Below, in pieces: positions 53,540 through 64,000 of a DNA stretch of 64,000 nucleotides. The stretch is from Amoeboaphelidium protococcarum X5 (lineage: Eukaryota > Fungi > Aphelidiomycota). The notes below the pieces were generated by a model. The model made no database searches. It was not told where the DNA came from and was given only the letters and a program-made list of their open reading frames with translations. Numbering within the stretch: position 1 is the first letter of the stretch; each line of letters opens with the position of its first letter. The translations under genes and the position numbers were made by a program. The stretch spans positions 85,052 through 149,051 of the forward strand of contig JALDTO010000215.1 in the NCBI GenBank assembly GCA_023515725.1, written 5' to 3'.

Positions 53540-55055
53540 TTGAAGGATAGATGTCAATTCTACAATCATGTTCCTTACTCTACAACGATGCTGAAGTCCA
53601 GCATGCTTTCAGCGCATTCAGATTATCCAGCTACTCCTTCTTGTCTGTCATGTTATTGACAAGATCAGCATAACGATCATCTGAACTATCACCGTCCGTA
53701 ATCTCATCATCTACGGAGAAGACATTGTTAGACACAAAGCATACTTTATCAAATTTCAACACCTCTTTATGAAGATAGATCAGCGGAGATAATAACTGCT
53801 ATGGATCTCTTCCCATTGTGCAGTTAAATACCAAAACTCTAGTGCCAGCCTATTTATCATTCTCTATAGCTTTAGAGAACCATTTGCTGCAGGCACTGAG
53901 ACTCTCCGCGGTATGTGCTCCATCCATGTAGAATGTCAGACTGTTACCATCATCCTTCAAGACTTGTGCTCTACCTGGCCACCGAGCCTCTCGCAATCCA
54001 TTAAGAATGTCACTGCTTATCTATAGAGAACGTACTCTATCAGCATAAGCACTAGAGTTTGCATGGCCATATGAATGGTTACTACCACTCATTCGCTCTA
54101 GCCAAGTCTGCGCAAGAGCGGTGGCTAGTGCAGCATTTAGTTTTTAATGATCACCAGATAGTCCTACCTCAGATACTTATGAAGGAAGCTAATCAACGCA
54201 CATCAAAGCGCAATCAACATCTTAACTATGTTTTCTAATAACTTCCATCGCTTCATCTGTGGGCTACTACACTGTAATAGCCGGGCATCCTTACTTCATT
54301 ATACCAGCTTTATGCGAGGCAATTTCCGGCAAAGTATTACCAAGGATTGCCATGTGATCATAGCCTAGACTGGAAATCCCACACACTACAGGATGAGTTA
54401 CAATGTTGGTAGAGTCATACGTCCCACCAATACCAACTTCCATAATGGCAACATCAACACGCTCCTTGATAAATACATGTATGGCCATCAACGTCAGAAA
54501 TCTAAAATACGTTGGCATACTTTAAGGCTACATGTATACGAAAGCTCACGGATGATAAAAGGTTATTACTTTCGAGAGTCGATAAAACTTACGTTAGATG
54601 CATGCAACTTGTCATAAACTTCATAAAAATACCGGCTAAACGACTACTAACTAATAGGTGCCCCATCGATGCGAATACGCTCACGCACCTAGATCAGATG
54701 CGGTGAAGTGAATAGACCAGTTCTGACGCGTCGATCTGCCTGTCGTGGATGGGCACAATGACGCAAAATACTCTCCGTCATGGCACATGTAGAACCTTTG
54801 CCTTTAGTACCGCTGACGTGCACAATATTCAGACCATTAACGTCCTAATCAGAGTACCCAATAGCAGCCAGGTATCGACGCATCTCAGGCAAGCTCTAGC
54901 TGTTCATACGCGGACCAGCCTTTCTAAGCGCGTTCAACACTGCGGCATTCGTCTACAGCCCATTCAGACACTCGATCGCGCTCTACATGATACATTTCAC
55001 AGAATAGCATGAATGACAGTATTTTAACTGGAATTCTTACTCTATAATTGCGCAT
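53421..55055 (-). CDS. MET7: Folylpolyglutamate synthase; introns 54983-55040 and 54528-54592
   Basis: [70 protein letters not shown]; ends TAG-TGA. Confidence 0.94.
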
Positions 55056-55494
55056 CGGTTAATGTTAATGTTGATTCTACTGATTTGATGCAAGAGATTG
55101 ATTAGAGTTTGAGGCCGTCATTAGAATGCTCCGATTTGCAGTTTAGTAGAGAAGATTGCTGTTGATCACTTTACACTTGTATTGTAGATCAATCGGCATT
55201 GTTTGAAATACCTCAACTTTATACATACATTCTTTCATTTATATTCTTCAACAAGAAATATGATATCTTAATTAAGAATTAAGAAAAAATTAGTATAAAA
55301 AGGTAGCATACAACGAATAATCAAAGCACCGCGTAGATTAAACGAGTGTCCCATTTTCACAGTAAAGCTCACTCGATCTACAGTATCAGACGATGTTAAA
55401 TCAAAAATTTATTCTTTCCTGTTTTGTACATTATTTAATTGATTGATTTAGTTGAAGCAATTTTTTAGTCAATTCTAAATACAGTATCATCATA

Positions 55495-56385
<891 letters not shown>

Positions 56386-56544
56386 CTTATCATTTAGTAA
56401 ATTAATCTTTACACATTGATATTACTCTTGTCGCCTTTTTATAACTTCCTTAGCTGATCACGATCTTTTAACTAAACCGACAATTAAATCTTTCGCTAAT
56501 TACTCTCAATCATCTAAAGCAGATTTAAATATTTAATTAGGGCA

Positions 56545-57318
56545 ATGACTATAACGAGCGAGTTTGCTGTGGAAATGACTTGTGGTAGCTGTGTCAAGTC
56601 TGTGAAGGAGGCTTTTGGTACATTTGGTAAACAGATAATTAGTATGGATATCCAGCTTGAATAATAACGCGTCGTGGTTTAAAGTGACGTTCCAACTTCT
56701 ACGTTGTATAAAGTACTTAGAGACACTGGATTGAATGTTGTAGTTAGAGGTGTCGGTTCTTCGCTAGGCTAAAATATGGGTGCTGCGGTCTCTATACTGG
56801 ATCATGTGATGACGCGGAATGGTTGCCTTCAGCAGGACTTGACTCCATATGGGTTGGTGCGTCTCGTCCAGGTGGAGAATGGCCAATGTTGGATAGACTT
56901 TTCGTTTACTGTTCGTGAATTAGATTGCCTTTACTCATACTTGAAAGGTTCCGATGACGATATTGAATTGAATAATGTACCATTTACTTTGGCTGTGCAT
57001 GAATGCGGAGATTTTAGTTAATCAGATGGACCTGGTGAAGTTCACACCCTAATCAGTGATCAAGTCCGGCTTGAATAGTATGGCAATACATTTACAGCAT
57101 CAACCGTAATTCCCAGCTGTCAGCTATAATTGCATGAAATTATAGGTCGTGCGATTTGCTTTTATCCAAGCGGACTGTCAGTTGAAAATGTAAAAGAAGG
57201 AGCATACGTTGGTGGTGTAGTTGCACGATCCGCTGGTTTATTTTAAAATTAAAAGTTGGTATGTCCATGCAGTGGACTGAATGCGTTTGAAGAAGCGAAA
57301 TAGTATTTGTTCAAGTGA
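56545..57318 (+). CDS. CCS1: Copper chaperone for superoxide dismutase
   Basis: HMA motif EFAVEMTCGSCV, SOD-like middle, C-terminal ARSAGLFQNQKLVCPCSG (CXC). Confidence 0.93.
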
Positions 57319-57376
57319 TAGTGTAATGTGACTGTCTTTAAAGATGTTATTGTATTTTTAATATTTCTAGATTTCG

Positions 57377-58699
57377 TCATAAATTTTTAATCGCTGCGAG
57401 AATGTTCCTACTATTGGGAATCTGAATCGAGTTATGACTGCTCATTTAGAGTAACTTTTCAGTGGCGATTGGGACTATTTGCTGCGGTTGCATCTATGCC
57501 ACGTCCATATCTCCGAGAATTACCGCCACCATTCCACTAACTAACGCAGCAGATTGCGATGTACCACTAGTCATTGCGACTTGATTGTTAGAGAGGTAAT
57601 ATGCACTCAGCAGATCTTGACCCGGAGCCCAGACTGTTACACACTGACCCGAATTTGACCATTCAGCGCGTGGTAACGATGTGCCGTCCTAAGTTGGAGC
57701 CAGTGCGCCGACGGTTATGACATTAGGCAAATTACCCGGTAGAAACTTGCAAGCTTCATCATTCTAATTACCAGCAGCTGCAACTACTACCACACCCAGT
57801 TGGATGATACCTTAAATGATCTGATTGACCATAGGATCTTCCTGGAACTGGATAGAAAGGTTCACCACTGATTTGACTGGACGACCGCCATTTAACGCGA
57901 CGCGTCTTAAATGATCTGCTTTGATATAATTAAGTCCTGCCAGCAGAAGAGATGTTGAACCCAAGCTCTGGGAATCCAGAATTTTAACACTGATAACCAT
58001 TGCATTCTTTGCTACTCCATTTATAGATCCAGCTATCAGGCCGGCATTGAATGTACCATGGCCTTTCTAATCACTTGAATCTTCATATGGGACCAAATTA
58101 ATACCAGTAAATACTCGATCAACGGGAAGATCTTGATGCAGATTCACTCCAGTGTCCATGACGTAGACTTAAACGCCGGACCCAGCAGATTAAGGAATCT
58201 GAAGTTGGTTATCAAGGAGCCCATCTGCCATATCCAATGCCCAATTCGCAATAGGCGTCTCAACCAGTCGACCAGATGGTGAAACCTACTTGGTAAACTA
58301 TAGCGTATCTTGGAATTGAACCGCAGAGAACTCTTGAGCAGCCTGAGCAATAACCTGATCCTTGAGCACATTTTTGCACTTGTCTCGCTGTTTCAAGTCG
58401 GCGAGCACCCGTTCATTACACTGATTAGTGATGTAAGCATTAATCTCTACCAATGGCTCCATATGAAGTTGATCAGCATCTGTCTCTTTATGATTTCTGA
58501 GATACTACTAGTGCTCATTAAATAATCTGTGAAATGTAGTGTTGCCTGCATCATTAGGAGTATCAAAGAAGATTACGCACTTATTCTAACATGCTAGCGT
58601 CGCGTTAGACTTTACAACGATTGCCTCCACGAGAAGTTATGCTGATAAGAAACCCAGTGCTACTATCTGGCCTATAATACTCTGCTTATATCCCACCAT
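57377..58699 (-). CDS. Secreted subtilisin-like serine protease (S8A, proteinase K-like) with propeptide
   Basis: Hydrophobic leader; VYVMDTG, GHGTFNAG, VAAAGN, SGTSQSAA: catalytic triad and oxyanion Asn present. Confidence 0.93.
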
Positions 58700-59447
58700 T
58701 TTCTAATAAATCTAAATATCTGTATAATTTCAATTAGTAAAAGAGATCCAATTGCACCGAGTGTTCATGAAGCTGCACAGGGCCGGCGAGATAGAAAGTC
58801 ATGAGGTAATGTCAACGAGTTGATACGTGGCACAAGCCTATGATTTCGTGAAGGTAACACACGTGAAATTTTGTACTAACAAGATTATCCACGAAAATAC
58901 CATGTACTGTTAAAACCGTCCAATAAAAATCTCTAATGTCATGAAAAAGATAATGGATTGGTTAAATAGATGAGTGTTTCAGTGATTTAGAGAGATTAAA
59001 ACTGGCGATAGCTTTAATGGAACAACTCAAACATCACAAGGTGTGACACATTGCCAGAAAACAATAATATAAGATTAAGCTGCATCGAAATCAATTATAC
59101 CAGTATTTTTAAACCTCCTCTATCATTTAAAAGTTATCGCATGTATAGAACACCACGCGTTGTTCTGAGTGAATCTGTTGAGTGTGTTTAACACTTCTCA
59201 GACACCACCAACATTTACGACGCCACTCGCCTAAACAGTTTCTCATATCGGATAGGATTTGAAACGAATGTACAGCCAGTCATTTATTGCAGCAATTGAA
59301 AAAGATTCTTCTTTTTCCCGTTTTGAATTGATAAACATTTCGTTAATCTTGACCGTTTCACTCTCCATCTGAAATTCACTATACTCGGTTTATCCTACCA
59401 TTCTATACTACTGTATATCCGCAGCACTGTCTTTATCTGGCTTAACA

Positions 59448-62099
59448 ATGACGCGTGAGTACCATCAAAAGATTAAAAAGTTACCTCAGGATGTGATTAA
59501 TAAGATTGCTGCTGGTGAGGTGATACATCGTCCTAGTAATGCTTTGAAGGAAATGTTGGAGAACAGTATCGATGCTGGTGCTGACCGTATAGATGTTATT
59601 GTCAAAGACGGTGGGTTGAAGATGATGTAAATTACGGATAATGGTCATGGTATTGCGCCTGAAGACTTGCCATTGCTATGTGAACGTCATGCCACCTCTA
59701 AACTGGAAACATTCGAAGACTTGCTGGGCGGAAAAGTGTAAACTTTTGGTTTCAGAGGAGAGGCGCTGGCCAGTATAAGTCACTGCGCCAAAGTCACTGT
59801 CATATCCAAGACTGCTGATAGTTAATGTGCATATCGAGGGTGGTATGCCAATAACAAGCTTGTATCGGATCCCTCGTCAAAAGCTGCTGTTAAAGAAGCG
59901 CGTCCACAGCCATGTGCCCACTCTGATCCTCATGGAACCGTGATCACTGTTGAGGATTTGTTCTATTCACTGCCAATGAGAAGGAAGGCATTCTCCAACA
60001 CGGCTCGTACGTATAGTGAAGAGCATGCCCGCATAGTTGACGTTGTCTCCAAGTATGCAATCCACTATCCTCACATCAAATTTACATGTAAGAAGTAAGG
60101 CTCATCGTTTGATGTAAATACTCTATAGCTTCCGACCGGCGATGAGCGTTCCCGGATTGCTGCTATTCAGAACATTATTGGCAAAAGTTCTGCTTTAAAA
60201 ATGAAACCTATACATCTGGACAAACCTGAACTTTATCTTAGTGTTAACGCCATTGTAAGTGATCCGGCTTAACCACTTGAATCCAGCCTCAAGTCTAAAC
60301 TGGTCCTGTTCATCAATAATAGACTGGTGGAAAGTAATTTTATTCGGAAAGCTGTCGAAGCTGTCTATAATGGTACTCATAACAATGAACATTTTTCTGC
60401 CTAGTCCAAGGGATCAAAGTAGTCTTATTGGGTGTATTTATCGCTGCAGATTGATCCTCGGCGCATTGATGTCAATGTCCATCCCACTAAGCGTGAAGTT
60501 CAGTTCCTTAATGAAGTTGAAATATGTCAGAGAATATCTTCATGGATGATCTCCTGTTTATTCTCATCATCTGACTAAGCATAGCGAACGTTGGCGAAGT
60601 TTCCCGTGACACAACAGAAGTCGATTCCTTAAAATGCTTCGCTGCAATCGAAGGCGGTAACTTCATTATCAGGTGAGCCGAACTAAACATTATTTGGCAT
60701 AGCAAATAAACCGAAATAGTAGTATGCTGAAGGATCCTCTCCCCCTAGCCAAATTCATCTGGATTCTGCTCCATCTGGATCATCCTCAATCCCTTAAAAG
60801 ACATCGTCTGTAAATGCTACATTCTCAAATCCTAATCCTGCAAAGTAAGTGCGCACAGACTCTTCCATGTAAAAGCTCGACTCATTTGCTGGTTTTGGAT
60901 CTTCTCAGTCCAGGCCTCAAGTGTGGAAAGTTCCTCAACCATCTCTACTGGGTGATAATGTGGAACGTTAAAGCATAGCTGATCCGTTTAGAAGTTTTCA
61001 GTAGACTCTTCCCCCTCAATCAAAGTAAAGACTTGATCCCTATCCTGCTACTAAGCGTTCTTCTATGGACTATTAAGATCCTATAGACTCAGCAAGAGTG
61101 GCATCAAAGCGCGCTAAGTAGACTCTGTTAGACACAAGTAACATTGCGTCAGTAGCTGTTAAGTAAATCTTGTCAGATGATCAAGGCTCTGATATCGTTA
61201 GTAACGTCAGCACTATAACAAGGCAAGATCTGGTTGTTGGAAAAAGAGGTAAATTTATTCCTGAGTAAGACTTTGACAGTCTTCCTGTTCATGGTAACAT
61301 CAATTCTAATCTGAGTTTCAGAGAACGCAAAGAAGTTAATCTCGCATCAATAAAGAACCTGCGTTAGTAATTCATTGATTCGGCTGATCAAAATATTGGA
61401 AGCATTTTACAATGTCACACTTTTGTTGGTGTGATGGATGATAAGAATGCATTGGTATAGTACGATACTAAACTGCTAAAGGTTAATTATTATGAAATTT
61501 CATATGACTTCTTCTATGGGATTACATTACGCGATTTTAGCAACTTTGGCTCATATGTGCTATCTTCTCCCGTGAAAGTACAAGATCTCATCTCAATGGC
61601 TCTGCGTAGTCTGATTAAATGTGGAGTTTAACTGGAATTGCCTCAGGATCTTACTACAGACTAGTTAATTGCTGAGCTATCCAGTTGTCTGATAAATCAC
61701 TCCGCGATGTTTCAAGATTATTTTGCTATTGCCATCACCGAAGATGGTTCGCTTAAACATATACCATTGCTTATCAAAAATTACATCCCGAATTTGGCCA
61801 AGTTGCCTCTATTTATACTCCGTCTGGCCTCTGAAGTTACCTATGATGACGAAGAAACTTGCCTTCAGGCCGTTTGTCATGAACTTGCTCAGTTCTACCA
61901 GACTGAAAGATTCTCTCCGTAACAGTCAGTTGAGGATTATCACAAGATGGTCGAATTAGTGTTGTTCGAAGCGTTTAAGTCTTAATTAGCAAGTGGGCCA
62001 TCTAAGTCGTCTGGTATATGTATATCCAAAGATAAAGCATCTGCAATTCAAGAGCTTGCTGAATTATCAAAGCTATATCGCGTCTTTGAACGCTGCTGA
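59448..62099 (+). CDS. MLH1: DNA mismatch repair protein Mlh1
   Basis: [58 protein letters not shown], diagnostic C-terminal FERC-TGA. Confidence 0.98.
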
Positions 62100-62374
62100 T
62101 TCTTCAATATGTGCAAATAATAATAAATTATGCATCAAGTTGCCTTGCTATGCCCCTCATCATTATATCATACTTTGCATTATAAGTAAGTACAGTTGAA
62201 TAATTATCTGAACCTCGACTTCTATAAAATTTTAAGCTCAGAACTACTTACCTTCTTGTACTTGATGCGAATATTGTGCTGATGGTTGTATCCCAAGTCC
62301 ATACATTTACTATAGTCTGTTTCAAATACTGTAGGTAGACTAGTAAGCTGACGTATTAACATTGATTCACAGAT

Positions 62375-64000
62375 ATTCAAATTTGCACATTTCTAGACTA
62401 TCTCGTAATACAGCTTGTCTTCAACTTGATTAGTGAGTATATCAGAACGCCCGTTTAATTAGAGTGTAAATGTAAAGTATTTAAGCCTTTACAGTAAAGA
62501 ATGCGCTTTGACTGGGTGACATAGCTTAGTATGACCAATTTAAATAATTCTTATATCAAAAGAATCCATAATTAATGATATACATAACTAGCCATACTAT
62601 TGAGAAGTTGTTTTATTATTTTGAAGTGAAATTCCAGCATATCCCAATTTTGATCGATTATTGATCGTATCCAATCAGATCAATGGCAAACAATATGAAT
62701 GATCACGCGTGTGTTTGTGTGTCTGTGAGGGGGGCCGTGTGGGGGTGAACAAACAATTAAACAAACAAACAAACTGGTAATACTCTCACAAGGTGGAGTT
62801 GGTTCGCGCGTTCACTTCTTATCCTCAAACAACTCTGAAGAGAGGACCCACCGGTTTAGAGGCATACTTTAAGGAAGCATCTGATCAGTACGACTCTCAA
62901 TTCTTTGGGAGGTACCAACTTGGGTAAGCATCTGTAAATTTAGCTCTACTTACCGAATGACACTGTCATTCCGATCGATGTGTACTTGTGTATTGTATGT
63001 CCTCACTCTCTTCCTAGTTGGCACATTAAGTGTTGCTCCTCTCCTCTCCTCTCTCTCTCTCCTCTCTCCTCTCTGTCTGTCTATCTGCTATCTGCCGTCT
63101 GTCTGGTCTGTCTCTCTCCCTGTCTCTGTACCCCCCACCAACCTGCAAGTTTGGTCACAATCAGAACTGCTCTCTGTTAACCGGAGGTGCTGAGTTCATA
63201 CGATGTCACCCCAGTTCAGATCGTCTTACCAATGCATGATTTATTGTGCGGTATTTCATCCACTGAAGCAGGACAACAACTGATCACAAGGCAAGGCTCA
63301 AGATGGCTGTTGGGAGTCTTGCCCGTTGTTCCTGAAACCGGTAGCTTCTGGCCCTGCTCTTATATGTGCTATAACCTATTGGTAGTCTCATTTGAGCGTT
63401 TGCATCGGAGTGGGGTTCAAAGCAAGTGGTGGCTCAAGAAGGAAGCTTGGAGCACTTCCGTCCACTATCTTGATTGCCTGCTCGACATGGTCTGGTCGGG
63501 CGGCTCCAGCTACTATACTCGTAATTAATCAGCGTTTCACTAGTATGCTGATGGGTGAGGCCTTGCTGCAAGTACGACATTGGTGGCTTATACATGGTGC
63601 TGTTGGTGCCTCCAATGTCTGGCCTCGCCGGTAGAATGAGTCCGAGTGTAAGTCTGGCTTCCGATTTTGTCGCCATGCGTCTCGTTAACATTCATACCAT
63701 GCAAGTTTTATCTGCATGCGACCCAAGGGCCCTGAATAAGTTCCTTGTCGGGGAACCTCTCTCAGCTGTATCCGGTCTGTATGTAGGTACATCCAGCGTG
63801 GTGTCGGCCGCTTAGTAAGCGGGTGCAGCGACACTAATTGCGTTGTGCCATAGCCCGCCGAAACCCCGTCGACAGCCTTGCGCTGAAGCAGAGTTTGCCT
63901 CAAGAACGTCATTACGATGCAATATATATGGTGCTGGGCATTCGGATGACGGGCAACTTTGGGCAGCATTGACCGTGGGGGACTTTGCTGCCAAACTCTA
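62375..64000 (+). repeat. Dispersed element, copy 2 (runs off the window end)
   Basis: Reverse complement of 31066-32697; the same set of short ORFs appears mirrored in the ORF track. Confidence 0.9.

Noticed and set aside
59155-59160. ACGCGT (MCB-like) site upstream of MLH1
   Set aside because: Single hexamer that also occurs at many unrelated positions in the window; function not supportable.
62835-62880. Hammerhead ribozyme core (CTGAAGA plus short stem)
   Set aside because: The required CGAAA after stem II is absent.

Overview
Gene-dense, intron-poor eukaryotic (fungus-like/Holomycota) nuclear DNA. TAA and TAG encode Gln and only TGA terminates (translation table 6), so the supplied standard-code ORF track is badly fragmented. 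This code plus fungal-type genes points to an aphelid such as Amoeboaphelidium protococcarum (inference). Retranslating by hand gives about 35 protein genes: ARO1 3' end, TYS1, a PAS protein, SYG1/XPR1, GTPBP1/2-like, PAF1, calmodulin, an ABC1/ADCK kinase, GEP4, ERD1, NAT9, a P4-ATPase, an EF-hand NDH-2, DAHP synthase, Apc13-like, BNA4, COX9, an RRM protein, MSE1, EBP2, PMI40, VRG4-like, FPGS, IDI1, CCS1, a subtilisin, MLH1 and several orphans. There are also two tRNA-Ser genes. Best leads: (1) a HEPN(DUF4145-like)-Zn-ricin-B fusion protein; (2) an unidentified, highly structured ~300-400 nt minus-strand RNA at ~37.2-37.6 kb; (3) a ~2 kb structured, apparently non-coding element in two inverted copies bracketing ~30 kb; (4) a signal-peptide BTB protein; (5) a TTT-TGA +1 frameshift in an ependymin-like gene; (6) relic TAR-TGA tandem stops and one gene whose end looks TAA-defined. 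All family calls come from motif recognition by eye; no database searches were run.
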